32,000 nt of DNA from assembly GCF_000175255.2 (NCBI RefSeq), contig NC_017262.1, forward strand, positions 390,001 to 422,000, read 5' to 3'. The DNA comes from Zymomonas mobilis subsp. mobilis ATCC 10988. Its GTDB lineage: Bacteria; Pseudomonadota; Alphaproteobacteria; Sphingomonadales; Sphingomonadaceae. Positions 9,855-19,993 of the stretch are shown one piece after another (positions within the stretch are counted from its first letter, which is position 1; the number at the start of each line of letters is the position of its first letter). Under the pieces are notes generated by a model that searched no databases, was not told where the DNA came from, and saw only the letters and a list, made by a program, of their open reading frames with translations. A program made the position numbers and the translations under genes.

Positions 9855-10100
9855 TATATGCCCAAAAAAATCATTCTAGAGCCGGTTATGGCTTCATCCA
9901 TTCTGCGACGGCAGCGATGTGGATGGCCGCGAGGAGCGACGTTTCCTTTTCTCGTATCGAATAGCAATAACGCGCCATGCCTTGAGGTGCGCCGAGAGGT
10001 TTTTAACGAAATGCCAGCAACGATAAGCCTATTTTGGGCAGAAGACCGATGCATTAGTCGTTTCACAAAGAATGGCTGGTCTAGCCCCCATGTCCCAGAG
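9855..10100 (-). pseudogene. Second relic of an IS5-like transposase C-terminus, frameshifted
   Basis: Minus-strand frames read LKAWRVIAIRYEK and, after a frame change, ETSLLAAIHIAAVAEWMKP*, resembling the IS5-family C-terminus. Confidence 0.55.
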
Positions 10101-10320
10101 ATATGTTCCACCATGAACCGAGTTCAGCTTTTAGCCATCCTCTTTTCAGAGAAGCTTCGGAATTTTTGAATCAATTCTTATCCTGCAAAATGCAGACAAT
10201 GGCTGGAAAATAATAATTTCAGCGTGTTTTTCGGATCGATTAAATTTTTGATATAAAAATGACGAATATCGGCCAGAAAATTTTTGGCATAATCCATCCA
10301 GCCTTATTATAGTCCCAACA

Positions 10321-10779
10321 ATGAGAATAGCCCTATTTCAACCGGATATTGCCGGTAATGTTGGAACCATCCTTCGGACGGCGGCCTGTTTCGGGGTCGG
10401 CGTCGATATCATTGAACCTTGCGGATTTGCTTTCTCCGATCGTGCCTTGAAACGTGCCGGAATGGACTATGCGAAAATTGCGCCACCGGTGCGACATAAT
10501 GATTGGAACAGCTTCCTTTCCACTCGTCCCGAACGCCGTGTCTTACTGACCACTGCGGGCGATATTCCTTTACCTGAAATGACGTTCCAGCCCGACGATA
10601 TTCTGCTCTTCGGCTCTGAATCCGCTGGCGCACCCGACTTTGTCCACCAAGCAGCCAGCCACCAAGTTCGAATACCGCTTCTCGCCGATTTCCGCTCTTT
10701 GAATATTGCTGTTTCTGCCGGTATCGCTTTGGCGGAAGCCTTGCGTCAAACAGGAGGCTTTGCCCATGAAGTCCGATGA
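10321..10779 (+). CDS. trmL: tRNA (cytidine(34)-2'-O)-methyltransferase, SPOUT family
   Basis: MRIALFQPDIAGNVGTILRTAACFGVGVDIIEPCGF, LLFGSESAGAPDFV, RIPLLADFRSLNIAVSAGIALAEALRQ. Confidence 0.92.
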   Translation: MRIALFQPDIAGNVGTILRTAACFGVGVDIIEPCGFAFSDRALKRAGMDYAKIAPPVRHNDWNSFLSTRPERRVLLTTAGDIPLPEMTFQPDDILLFGSESAGAPDFVHQAASHQVRIPLLADFRSLNIAVSAGIALAEALRQTGGFAHEVR

Positions 10780-11623
10780 AATGCTTTTGAATGAACAGCA
10801 ACAAGTCACTTCAGACTGGTTTCATCAGTTGCGAGATCGCATTTGCCAGCAATTTGAAGGGATAGAGCGCCAAGCCGCCAGTCCAGCGTCTTTTCAAGTC
10901 ACGCCATGGCAAAAAAATACTGAAGGCTATGGTATCCAGACGGGGCGTGGCATCCGCTCTTTAATGAAAGGACAAATTTTCGAAAAAGTTGGCGTTAACA
11001 TATCAACCGTCAAAGGCTGTTTCTCACCTGATTTCGCAAAAAAAATTCCTGGTACCGAGGATGATCCCCATTTTTTTGCAACAGGTATCAGCCTTGTCGC
11101 TCATATGGCTAATCCCCATGTCCCCAATATTCATATGAATTGCCGGTTTTTACAAACGACCAAAAGCTGGTTTGGAGGTGGGATCGACCTCAATCCCTCA
11201 ACTCCTTATGCAGAAGATACTGCCGAATTTCATCAGAGTTTAAAAACCATCTGCGATAAACATCATCCTGATTATTACAGTCGTTTCAGCGAGTGGGCTG
11301 ACCGCTATTTTGATATTCCTCATCGCCAAACGAAGCGCGGTGTCGGCGGCATTTTTTACGATTATCTTGATAGCAATTTTACAGCTGACTTTGCTTTTAC
11401 CAAAGATGTCGGGAAGGCTTTTCTGGATATTTTTCCAAAGCTGGTAGCAAGACGACAAAATAGAGCCGCTAACCAAGAAGATTTTCAGCGCCTCGCTGTT
11501 TATCGGGGACGGTACACCGAATTCAATCTTCTTTATGATCGTGGCACGTTATTCGGCTTAAAAACAGGCGGTGATGCTGATGCCGTTTTAATGAGTCTAC
11601 CACCAATGGCGATATGGGAATAA
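10766..11623 (+). CDS. hemF: Oxygen-dependent coproporphyrinogen III oxidase
   Basis: Motifs ISLVAHMANPHVPNIHMNCRFLQTTKSWFGGGIDLNP, HPDYYSRFSEWADRYFDIPHRQTKRGVGGIFYDYL, RRQNRAANQEDFQRLAVYRGRYTEFNLLYDRGTLFGLKTGG. Start taken as MKSDEM at 10766. Confidence 0.94.
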   Translation: MKSDEMLLNEQQQVTSDWFHQLRDRICQQFEGIERQAASPASFQVTPWQKNTEGYGIQTGRGIRSLMKGQIFEKVGVNISTVKGCFSPDFAKKIPGTEDDPHFFATGISLVAHMANPHVPNIHMNCRFLQTTKSWFGGGIDLNPSTPYAEDTAEFHQSLKTICDKHHPDYYSRFSEWADRYFDIPHRQTKRGVGGIFYDYLDSNFTADFAFTKDVGKAFLDIFPKLVARRQNRAANQEDFQRLAVYRGRYTEFNLLYDRGTLFGLKTGGDADAVLMSLPPMAIWE

Positions 11624-11626
11624 TCA

Positions 11627-12238
11627 ATGACGTTCCTCCTACTGGAAAAAGGACAACTTGCTTCTGTTGTCACTGCCTTGGAAATGACCAAGCAGCCTGA
11701 TGATAAATGGCTCTCTCAAAACGCCACAATTCTAGATATTGATAACAACCCCTATCACCTCGAACGATGGGAAGATCCACAGACAGATAGCTATCGTGAC
11801 CTTTTCCTAAAAATAGGCAGTCCATGGTTATGGTTTTCACGCTTGGAACTTGACGATCGAGCGTTAAAGGCTTTGATTACGCATCCTGAAATAGAAATTT
11901 ACCGCCTTAGGGATAATGATAATCACATTGCAGGGATGATCGAATTAGATTTTCGCAAAAAAGGAGAATGTGAAATCGTCTTTTTTGGTCTTGATGTTAA
12001 ATATATTGGTAAAAAATTAGGCCATCCGGTGATGATTCATACCCTGCATAAAGCATGGAAATCTGATATCAATCGCGTTTGGCTACATAGCTGTAGCTCT
12101 GATCATCCCGCCGCCTTGCGTTTTTATCAAAAACACCATTTTCAGCCCTATCAGCGAATGATCGAAATTCACGATGATCCTCGTTTGATAGGCTTATTAC
12201 CTAAAGAAGCGGCACCTCATATCCCTATTATTGATTAA
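11627..12238 (+). CDS. GNAT-family N-acetyltransferase
   Basis: GMIELDFRKKGECEIVFFGLDVKYIGKKLGHPVMIHTLHKAW and SDHPAALRFYQKHHFQPY are typical GNAT motifs. Confidence 0.85.
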   Translation: MTFLLLEKGQLASVVTALEMTKQPDDKWLSQNATILDIDNNPYHLERWEDPQTDSYRDLFLKIGSPWLWFSRLELDDRALKALITHPEIEIYRLRDNDNHIAGMIELDFRKKGECEIVFFGLDVKYIGKKLGHPVMIHTLHKAWKSDINRVWLHSCSSDHPAALRFYQKHHFQPYQRMIEIHDDPRLIGLLPKEAAPHIPIID

Positions 12239-12294
12239 TATAAAGGGATATGGAGTACCGCTTCTTTTTCAAATTAAACCGCTAGGCACTATTT

Positions 12295-13563
12295 TTAGGC
12301 TGCGCCAGGACTAGCGTCTTTCTCTTTTTGAGCAAAAACCCGCACCGGTTCTTTTTTGCCTTCAGCCACATCTTTATCAACGATGATTTCGGACACGCCT
12401 TCTAATGAAGGCAGTTCGAACATCGTATCAAGCAAGATACCTTCCAAAATAGAACGTAGACCGCGAGCCCCAGTCTTCCGTTCAATACCTTTTTTAGCAA
12501 TGGCTGCTAAAGCATCTTCAGTAAATTCGAGTTTGGCATCTTCCAGCTCAAACAACTTCTGATACTGTTTAACCAAAGCATTTTTAGGTTCGGTCAGAAT
12601 ACGTACCAGCGCGCTCTGATCAAGATCCTCTAGCGTTGCCAGAACAGGCAAACGACCTACAAATTCAGGAATTAGACCAAATTTCAACAGATCTTCTGGT
12701 TCACATTCCTGCAAAATTTCACCCGTCCGGCGTTCGTCAGGCGCAGCGACATGTGCACCGAAACCGATAGATTTCCCTTCGAGGCGGTCTGCAATAATCC
12801 GGTCGAGTCCAGCGAAAGCCCCACCACAAATAAAGAGGATATTCGTCGTATCAACCTGCAAGAATTCCTGCTGAGGATGCTTTCTGCCCCCCTGTGGTGG
12901 GACAGATGCCGTGGTGCCTTCCATCAGCTTTAGTAATGCTTGCTGGACGCCTTCGCCCGATACATCGCGCGTAATAGAAGGGTTGTCCGACTTTCTGGTG
13001 ATCTTGTCTATTTCATCAATATAGACAATGCCCCTTTGAGCACGTTCTACATTATAATCACTTGCCTGTAATAATTTCAGGATAATGTTTTCGACATCTT
13101 CACCGACATAACCAGCCTCGGTCAAAGTCGTTGCATCGGCCATCGTAAAGGGCACATCAAAGGTGCGCGCCAAAGTCTCTGCCAGAAGCGTTTTACCGCA
13201 TCCAGTCGGCCCAATCAAAAGAATATTAGATTTTGCTAGCTCGACATCAGCATCTTTGCCGCCGTGATTCAATCGCTTGTAATGGTTATGTACCGCAACA
13301 GAAAGCACCCGCTTGGCTTTACTCTGTCCGATAACATATTGGTCAAGAATCGTACAGATTTCCTGTGGCGTCGGCACGCTGCCGTCACCTTTATGCAAAG
13401 CGCCTCTGGTTTCCTCGCGAATGATGTCGTTACATAATTCAACACATTCATCGCAGATAAACACTGTCGGCCCCGCGATAAGCTTACGGACTTCGTGCTG
13501 CGATTTGCCGCAGAAAGAACAGTAAAGCGTGCTTTTGGAATCGCTGCCGCTCAGTTTGGTCAT
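12295..13563 (-). CDS. clpX: ATP-dependent Clp protease ATP-binding subunit ClpX
   Basis: N-terminal zinc-binding [14 protein letters not shown]...CDEC, Walker [37 protein letters not shown]. Confidence 0.98.
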   Translation of the reverse strand: MTKLSGSDSKSTLYCSFCGKSQHEVRKLIAGPTVFICDECVELCNDIIREETRGALHKGDGSVPTPQEICTILDQYVIGQSKAKRVLSVAVHNHYKRLNHGGKDADVELAKSNILLIGPTGCGKTLLAETLARTFDVPFTMADATTLTEAGYVGEDVENIILKLLQASDYNVERAQRGIVYIDEIDKITRKSDNPSITRDVSGEGVQQALLKLMEGTTASVPPQGGRKHPQQEFLQVDTTNILFICGGAFAGLDRIIADRLEGKSIGFGAHVAAPDERRTGEILQECEPEDLLKFGLIPEFVGRLPVLATLEDLDQSALVRILTEPKNALVKQYQKLFELEDAKLEFTEDALAAIAKKGIERKTGARGLRSILEGILLDTMFELPSLEGVSEIIVDKDVAEGKKEPVRVFAQKEKDASPGAA

Positions 13564-13712
13564 AACATCATCCTTGGCGGCTTTTAGCCGCTTTCATCCA
13601 TTCCAAAATCGTTTTAGCGCCAGTTTTCCCCTTGCTGCAATCCGAAAAAGGAAATTTTAGCAGCAAAGGTTAAACGGATCTGTATCAAAAGACAGATTTA
13701 GCTTGGAATCAC

Positions 13713-14345
13713 TTATTCTTTTTCTTCAGAAGCAACCGGACGCTTGTCGAAGACTTTATCAATCAAGCCAAAGGCTTTTGCCTCATCCGCTTCCAAGAAA
13801 TTGTCGCGATCCATCGCTTTCTCAATCTCTTCAATCGGTTGATTGGTATATTTTGCATAAAGAGCATTCAAACGTTTACGCATCCGCAAGATTTCACGCG
13901 CTTGAATCTCGATATCAGCCGCCATACCCTGCGCACCACCTGAAGGCTGATGAATCATGATACGGCTATTGGTCGTTGCAACCCGCATACCGGGTTCACC
14001 GGCGGCCAGCAGGAAGCTGCCCATAGAGGCAGCCTGACCAATACAAAGTGTACCAACCTTCGGACGAATATACTGCATAGTATCGTGAATAGCGAGGCCT
14101 GCTGTTACAACGCCCCCCGGAGAATTGATATAAAGGAAAATATCTTTTTTAGGGTTTTCAGCTTCCAAAAACAAAAGCTGAGCGCAAATCACCGAAGCCA
14201 TATGGTCTTCGACCTGACCGGTTACAAAAATGATACGTTCCCGTAACAGGCGAGAATAAATATCGAAGCTACGTTCCCCACGGTTCGATTGTTCGACAAC
14301 CATTGGGATTAAAGCATTGACGATATCAGCGTGATCATGGCTCAT
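13713..14345 (-). CDS. clpP: ATP-dependent Clp protease proteolytic subunit ClpP
   Basis: [48 protein letters not shown] (catalytic Ser), [12 protein letters not shown] (catalytic His). Confidence 0.98.
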   Translation of the reverse strand: MSHDHADIVNALIPMVVEQSNRGERSFDIYSRLLRERIIFVTGQVEDHMASVICAQLLFLEAENPKKDIFLYINSPGGVVTAGLAIHDTMQYIRPKVGTLCIGQAASMGSFLLAAGEPGMRVATTNSRIMIHQPSGGAQGMAADIEIQAREILRMRKRLNALYAKYTNQPIEEIEKAMDRDNFLEADEAKAFGLIDKVFDKRPVASEEKE

Positions 14346-14423
14346 CGAAAAACAGCGTCCTTATTATTTGGCGAAAGTTATAGATTGTCGCTCTTGCTTA
14401 CTAATTCAAGCCCAAAGATATAT

Positions 14424-15389
14424 CTATCTATCTTTCTTTTTATCGAAATTTAAAAGGCCAGATTGCGCCAGATACGCCAATCTTAACGCTTCTCGACGGC
14501 CATAAACCACTGTATCCAGTATGATACCACAGGCGAATGAAAGACTGGAAAGAATGACAAGGCCGGTTGACAGTAAAGCTGTCGGCAATCTTGGAACTAA
14601 TCCAGTATGACAATAGGTAATCATCAAAGGCACAGCCAATCCGATACCCATAATCGCCAGAAAAATACCAATAACACTAAAAAACAGCATCGGGCGTTCT
14701 AGTCTGAAAAGCGACATAATCGTCAAGAGAATACGCCAGCCATCCCGATAAGTTGATAATTTTGAAAAAGACCCCTCTGGGCGGGCACTGTAGTGCGTTT
14801 CAACCTCGGCAACCGGCATTTGTAAAGCCAAAGCGTGAACGCTTATTTCTGTCTCAATTTCAAAGCCAGTGCTTAAAACAGGAAAGCTTTTCACAAAGCG
14901 TTTTGAAAAAGCCCGATAGCCGGAAAGGATATCTGTAAAATTACGGCCAAACAGCCAGGCTAAAATACCATTGAGAACACGATTGCCGAATTGATGTCCT
15001 AGACGATAGGCTTGGTCAGAAATAGATTGCCGAATTCCGACCACCATATCCAGCCCCTGCTCACAAAGCATTTCCACCATTTTTGGAGCAGCAGAGGCAT
15101 CGTAAGTCGCATCACCGTCAGCAAGGATATAAATATCAGCATCAATATCAGCGAACATCCGCCGAACAACATGCCCCTTCCCTTGCAACCTTTCCGAACG
15201 CGTGATGGCATGATGCTGTCGCGCAATCGCAATGGTGTTATCCGTGCTGTTATTGTCATAAACATAGATATCTGCATCAGGCAGAACATGACGAAAAGCT
15301 GCCACCGTTTTACCGATGGCAGCTTCTTCGTTATGACAGGGTAACAGCACAGCTACTTTCAAAGTAGCCGTTTTTGTTTCAGGCAGCAC
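14424..15389 (-). CDS. Family 2 glycosyltransferase (dolichyl-phosphate mannosyltransferase-like) with C-terminal TM segments
   Basis: VLLPCHNEEAAIGKTVAAFRHVLPDADIYVYDNNSTDNT, ADGDATYDAS; two hydrophobic C-terminal segments. Confidence 0.88.
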   Translation of the reverse strand: MLPETKTATLKVAVLLPCHNEEAAIGKTVAAFRHVLPDADIYVYDNNSTDNTIAIARQHHAITRSERLQGKGHVVRRMFADIDADIYILADGDATYDASAAPKMVEMLCEQGLDMVVGIRQSISDQAYRLGHQFGNRVLNGILAWLFGRNFTDILSGYRAFSKRFVKSFPVLSTGFEIETEISVHALALQMPVAEVETHYSARPEGSFSKLSTYRDGWRILLTIMSLFRLERPMLFFSVIGIFLAIMGIGLAVPLMITYCHTGLVPRLPTALLSTGLVILSSLSFACGIILDTVVYGRREALRLAYLAQSGLLNFDKKKDR

Positions 15390-15406
15390 CTTGTCTGAAA
15401 CCTTCC

Positions 15407-16888
15407 TTATTCGTCAGAAGATTTCTTTTCGGCTTTAGGAGCCGCTTTCTTTTTAGGCGCTGCTTTCTTTTTAGGAGCGGCGGCTGCTTTTTTAGCCTTG
15501 GGTTTGTCAGAAGCCTTTTCTTTATGATCATGGTCGTGATCATGCTTACCGATGCTGTCTTCTTCAGCTTCAATAGCGGCTTCTAATTCTTCCCGCGTAA
15601 CAGCACGATCCGTGATGTTGGCTTTTTCAAACAGGATATCGACCACTTTATCTTCATAAAGCGGCGCACGAAGCTGTGCAGCCATCATCGGATCCTGACG
15701 CAGATATTCAACAAAACGCTGACGATCGGCCGGGTTATAACGCTGTGCAGCCTGAGAAATGAGCATGTTCATTTCATTCTGGCTTACTTCAACATTGTTT
15801 TTGGCACCGATATCGGAAAGAGCCAGTCCTAAACGAACGCGGCGTTCTGCGATCGCGCGATATTCATCGCGTTCTTTTTCCATTTCAGCCAAAGCGGCTT
15901 CAGAATCTTCTTCATGGCTGGCAGCATGTTCCAGCTGACGCCAAATCTGATTGAATTCAGCTTCGACCATCTGGCTCGGGACTTCAAAGCTATAGCTATC
16001 AGCCAACTGATCCAACAGCTTACGCTTCATGTAAGTGCGCGTCAGACCATTTAATTCCTGTTCAATCTGACCTTTCATCAGATCACGGAGCTGATCGAGG
16101 CTTTCAAGGCCAAGGGATTTTGCAAAGTCATCATTGACTTCAGCTTTGCGTGGAACCCGAACATCGCTGACAGTGACGTCGAATTCGGCATCTTTGCCTT
16201 TCAGATAAGGAACCGAATAATCTTCAGGGAAGGTTACCTTTAAAACACGGCTTTCGCCTTGTTTTGCACCGACCAACTGCTCTTCAAAACCCGGAATAAA
16301 CTGACCTGCGCCCAGCTCAACGCTCATATCAGAGCCGGTGCCACCTTCGAAGGGTTCGCCATCAACTTTACCAACGAAATCAACAACGACAAGGTCACCA
16401 TTTTCAGCTTTGTGATCTTTTTTCGAATCATCAAAGCTTTTCTGATGTTCTGCGAATTCTTTAATTTTCTCATCGATCACAGCATTATCAGCTTCGACCG
16501 TCAAACGTTCCAGCTTCAGATCATCAAAGGAAATTTCTGGCACTTCCGGTAAAATTTCGAATTTAACCTTCAGCTCGGCGTCTTTACCCAGTTCATAGCC
16601 TTCGGTCAGTTCGATTTCCGGCTGCATAGCGGGCTTCTCGCCTTTGTCGCTCAGTAACTTCTGAACGCCGTCTTGAAGGGCTTTGTTCAGAGCATCCTGT
16701 GCTAAAGAAGCGCCATACATTTTGTTAACCAGTTTTGCTGGAACTTTTCCCGGACGGAAACCAGGTAAGTTAACACGCGGTGCAGCTTCGGCAACTTCCT
16801 GATCGATTCTTTTACGGATCTCATCTGCCGTAATAGTCAGCGTGTAGTTCCGCTTCAGGCCTTCATTTAACGTTTCGACAGTTTCCAT
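15407..16888 (-). CDS. tig: Trigger factor (peptidyl-prolyl isomerase chaperone)
   Basis: NLPGFRPGKVPAKLVNKMYG and VVDFVGKVDGEPFEGGTGSDMSVELGAGQFIPGFEEQLVGAK. Start placed at METVETLNEG (16888); the upstream extension in the ORF track runs towards the tRNA. Confidence 0.95.
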   Translation of the reverse strand: METVETLNEGLKRNYTLTITADEIRKRIDQEVAEAAPRVNLPGFRPGKVPAKLVNKMYGASLAQDALNKALQDGVQKLLSDKGEKPAMQPEIELTEGYELGKDAELKVKFEILPEVPEISFDDLKLERLTVEADNAVIDEKIKEFAEHQKSFDDSKKDHKAENGDLVVVDFVGKVDGEPFEGGTGSDMSVELGAGQFIPGFEEQLVGAKQGESRVLKVTFPEDYSVPYLKGKDAEFDVTVSDVRVPRKAEVNDDFAKSLGLESLDQLRDLMKGQIEQELNGLTRTYMKRKLLDQLADSYSFEVPSQMVEAEFNQIWRQLEHAASHEEDSEAALAEMEKERDEYRAIAERRVRLGLALSDIGAKNNVEVSQNEMNMLISQAAQRYNPADRQRFVEYLRQDPMMAAQLRAPLYEDKVVDILFEKANITDRAVTREELEAAIEAEEDSIGKHDHDHDHKEKASDKPKAKKAAAAPKKKAAPKKKAAPKAEKKSSDE

Positions 16889-16997
16889 CTCGTAACGAAC
16901 CTTTATTTCTGAATTCTGCTTAAAGCCAAATAATATCTGCCCCGAGGATTCGGGACAAACGCTCTTCAGAAGGAAAACCTCTGAACAGTGAATGGGA

Positions 16998-17082
16998 TGG
17001 TGCGGGCGAAGGGACTTGAACCCCCACATCTTGCGATACTGGAACCTAAATCCAGCGCGTCTACCATTTCCGCCACGCCCGC
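16998..17082 (-). tRNA. tRNA-Leu (anticodon TAG)
   Basis: Reverse complement GCGGGCGTGGCGGAAATGGTAGACGCGCTGGATTTAGGTTCCAG...GGTTCAAGTCCCTTCGCCCGCACCA; paired acceptor arms, class II variable arm, encoded CCA. Confidence 0.95.
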
Positions 17083-17228
17083 AAATAAAATCTTTTGGCG
17101 AGGTCTATAACAATAGTTTCCCCAAGAGCAAGCCCGTCATTGCTTTCTATTCGAATATTCCTGCATTTGAGGTCGATATTGCGATAAAAAATGGCGTTCT
17201 CTGAAAAAAAATGCGATAAAAACCGCCC

Positions 17229-18116
17229 ATGAGCAAGATTATCACTATAAAAAATAATTCATTGACGCTCGATATCTCGACATCGGGTGCCGAAATGCAA
17301 CGTATCGAAGATGCCGATGGCCAGCAATGGCTATGGGACGGGAATCCTGAAATATGGAGCGGCCATGCCCCTTTCCTCTTCCCAATTGTCGGCACTTTGG
17401 TTCAAAATCAGTATCGCTTGGGCGATAAAAGCTATGAACTTCCGCGTCATGGTTTTGCTCGCCGGAAAGCTTTTGATCCGATCGTTATCGAGGCAGATCA
17501 TGCCTGTTTCCGATTGAAAGATGATTCGGAAACGCGGGCTGTGTATCCTTTCCTCTTTACGCTTGATATCGACTATCGTCTGAAAGAAAATAGTTTAACT
17601 ATCGAAGCAAAAGTGACCAATAATGGCGATTCTCCTATGCCGGCCAGCTTTGGTTTCCATCCAGCTTTAAGATGGCCGCTTCCAACAGGGGCAGATAGAA
17701 AGAATCACATCGTCCTTTTTGAAAAAGCCGAGATTGGTACCATCTCCGGTGTCGATAGTGACGGTCTTTTTGTTAGCCCAAGAGAAAATCCGGTGCATGA
17801 TCGGACGGTTATCTTAAATGATGACCTGTTTAATGATGATGCCTTGATTTTTGATAAAGTTGCTAGCCGCTCTGTTTGGATGGGGGCACCCGGATATAAG
17901 GGCGCTATTGTCCGATTTCCTCTAATGCCCTCCTTGGCATTATGGATGAAACCAGGTGCCGATTACCTTTGCATCGAGCCATGGCAGGGACATTCCGATC
18001 CAGCAGGTTTCAAAGGCGATATTTTTGAAAAACCGGGTATTGTCCCGATCAAACCGAAAGAAAGCCGCTCTTTTGGTATCGAAATTCTCATCAATGTCGA
18101 TGAAGACGATTTATAA
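17229..18116 (+). CDS. Aldose 1-epimerase family protein
   Basis: LWDGNPEIWSGHAPFLFPIVGTL, YELPRHGFARRKAF, FGFHPALRWPL, CIEPWQGHSDPA. Confidence 0.88.
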   Translation: MSKIITIKNNSLTLDISTSGAEMQRIEDADGQQWLWDGNPEIWSGHAPFLFPIVGTLVQNQYRLGDKSYELPRHGFARRKAFDPIVIEADHACFRLKDDSETRAVYPFLFTLDIDYRLKENSLTIEAKVTNNGDSPMPASFGFHPALRWPLPTGADRKNHIVLFEKAEIGTISGVDSDGLFVSPRENPVHDRTVILNDDLFNDDALIFDKVASRSVWMGAPGYKGAIVRFPLMPSLALWMKPGADYLCIEPWQGHSDPAGFKGDIFEKPGIVPIKPKESRSFGIEILINVDEDDL

Positions 18117-18142
18117 TTTTTATTGAAAAATAAATTTCGGCG

Positions 18143-18178
18143 AAAGGCTGCAAAGGGGAACACTTTTGTAGCCTTTTG
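18143..18178 (+). terminator. Candidate intrinsic terminator of the aldose 1-epimerase homologue
   Basis: AAAGGCTGCAAA...TTTGTAGCCTTTTG: 12-bp stem including one G-U pair, ending in a short T run. Confidence 0.5.
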
Positions 18179-18189
18179 TCTATCAAGGC

Positions 18190-18274
18190 TAAAAATGGTT
18201 GGGGCGGCAGGATTCGAACCTGCGCATGACGGGATCAAAACCCGTTGCCTTACCGCTTGGCTACGCCCCAATAG
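18190..18274. repeat. 85-bp perfect direct repeat, copy 1, containing tRNA-Gln
   Basis: taaaaatggttggggcgg...ctacgccccaatag identical to 19991..20075 by eye. Confidence 0.9.
18196..18270 (-). tRNA. tRNA-Gln (anticodon TTG), copy 1
   Basis: Reverse complement TGGGGCGTAGCCAAGCGGTAAGGCAACGGGTTTTGATCCCGTCATGCGCAGGTTCGAATCCTGCCGCCCCAACCA; complete cloverleaf with encoded CCA. Confidence 0.97.
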
Positions 18275-18454
18275 ACTTCATTAAGAGTGCAGTCTATTTT
18301 TGAAGAGCCGCTTTATAGCAAGTAAATTTCTTTTGAAAAGCCTTGCGACCAAAAAATATAGAAAAAAAACAGCGTCATCTCTCCCAAAAGGAAAAATTTT
18401 TGTCTTTGGTCGTTACTCTTTATAATTCTTCCATCCGAATAAAAGGCAGCGATA

Positions 18455-19993
18455 ATGGAATCCCCCTCTTATAAAAATTTAATCAAAGCCGAGGATGCAC
18501 AGAAAAAAGCTGGAAAACGGCTTCTATCTTCTGAATGGTATCCTGGATTTCATGTAACGCCTTTAACTGGTTGGATGAATGACCCCAACGGGCTGATTTT
18601 TTTCAAGGGGGAATACCATCTTTTTTATCAATACTATCCTTTTGCACCTGTCTGGGGGCCGATGCATTGGGGACATGCGAAAAGCCGTGATTTAGTTCAT
18701 TGGGAAACACTCCCTGTTGCCCTTGCTCCAGGGGATTCATTTGATCGCGACGGCTGTTTCTCAGGATGCGCTGTTGATAATAATGGCGTTTTGACTCTGA
18801 TCTATACGGGGCATATCGTTTTATCTAACGATAGCCCTGATGCCATTCGTGAAGTGCAGTGTATGGCGACAAGCATAGACGGCATCCATTTTCAAAAAGA
18901 AGGCATCGTCCTTGAAAAAGCACCCATGCCACAGGTCGCCCATTTCAGAGACCCTCGCGTTTGGAAGGAGAATGACCACTGGTTTATGGTGGTGGGCTAT
19001 CGAACAGATGATAAGAAACATCAAGGAATCGGACATGTCGCTCTATACAGAAGCGAAAATCTAAAAGACTGGATTTTTGTCAAAACACTGCTGGGTGATA
19101 ATTCTCAATTACCGCTGGGAAAACGGGCTTTTATGTGGGAATGTCCTGATTTCTTCTCGTTAGGCAATCGTTCTGTTTTGATGTTTTCTCCACAAGGCTT
19201 GAAGGCAAGCGGTTACAAAAACCGGAATCTATTTCAAAACGGCTATATTCTTGGAAAATGGCAAGCACCTCAATTTACGCCGGAAACATCCTTCCAAGAA
19301 CTAGACTATGGTCATGATTTCTATGCAGCACAACGTTTTGAAGCTAAAGATGGTCGTCAAATATTAATTGCATGGTTTGATATGTGGGAAAATCAAAAAC
19401 CCAGCCAACGAGATGGATGGGCTGGCTGTATGACGTTGCCCCGCAAGCTTGATTTAATTGATAATAAAATTGTGATGACGCCTGTTAGAGAAATGGAGAT
19501 TTTACGACAATCGGAAAAAATTGAATCTGTCGTAACGCTTTCGGATGCCGAGCATCCCTTTACGATGGACTCTCCCCTGCAAGAAATAGAGCTGATCTTT
19601 GACTTGGAAAAAAGCAATGCTTATCAAGCTGGTTTGGCTTTGCGCTGTAATGGCAAAGGGCAAGAAACGCTTCTTTATATCGATAGAAGCCAGAATCGTA
19701 TCATTCTTGACCGAAATCGCTCGGGGCAAAATGTAAAAGGGATTAGAAGCTGTCCGCTTCCGAACACCTCCAAAGTCAGACTGCATATATTCCTTGACCG
19801 ATCATCTATAGAAATTTTTGTCGGCGATGATCAGACCCAAGGCCTCTACAGCATAAGTAGTCGAATATTCCCCGATAAGGACAGCCTTAAAGGCCGTTTA
19901 TTCGCTATCGAAGGCTATGCCGTTTTTGATTCTTTTAAGAGATGGACATTACAGGATGCTAATCTAGCCGCTTTTTCAAGCGATGCCTGTTAA
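18455..19993 (+). CDS. sacA: GH32 sucrose hydrolase (intracellular invertase / sucrose-6-phosphate hydrolase type)
   Basis: GH32 motifs GWMNDPNGLIFFKGEYHLFYQYYP, FSGCAVDNNG, FRDPRVW, WECPDFF; no obvious signal peptide. Confidence 0.94.
   Translation: MESPSYKNLIKAEDAQKKAGKRLLSSEWYPGFHVTPLTGWMNDPNGLIFFKGEYHLFYQYYPFAPVWGPMHWGHAKSRDLVHWETLPVALAPGDSFDRDGCFSGCAVDNNGVLTLIYTGHIVLSNDSPDAIREVQCMATSIDGIHFQKEGIVLEKAPMPQVAHFRDPRVWKENDHWFMVVGYRTDDKKHQGIGHVALYRSENLKDWIFVKTLLGDNSQLPLGKRAFMWECPDFFSLGNRSVLMFSPQGLKASGYKNRNLFQNGYILGKWQAPQFTPETSFQELDYGHDFYAAQRFEAKDGRQILIAWFDMWENQKPSQRDGWAGCMTLPRKLDLIDNKIVMTPVREMEILRQSEKIESVVTLSDAEHPFTMDSPLQEIELIFDLEKSNAYQAGLALRCNGKGQETLLYIDRSQNRIILDRNRSGQNVKGIRSCPLPNTSKVRLHIFLDRSSIEIFVGDDQTQGLYSISSRIFPDKDSLKGRLFAIEGYAVFDSFKRWTLQDANLAAFSSDAC

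Noticed and set aside
9825-10169. 114-aa plus-strand ORF in the intergenic region
   Set aside because: Antisense to the transposase relic read on the minus strand; no start context or domain signal supporting a real gene.
10409-10809. 131-aa and 79-aa minus-strand ORFs opposite trmL
   Set aside because: trmL is strongly supported by family motifs; the antisense frames read as low-information Arg/Ser-rich peptides.
16992-17204. 70-aa plus-strand ORF MGWCGRRDLNPHILRYWNLNPARLPFPPRPQ
   Set aside because: Antisense translation of tRNA-Leu, a commonly seen spurious ORF type.
17963-18271. 102-aa minus-strand ORF starting MGRSQAVRQRVLIPSCAG
   Set aside because: Its N-terminus is translation of tRNA-Gln copy 1 and the rest is antisense to the aldose 1-epimerase homologue; no protein-like signature.
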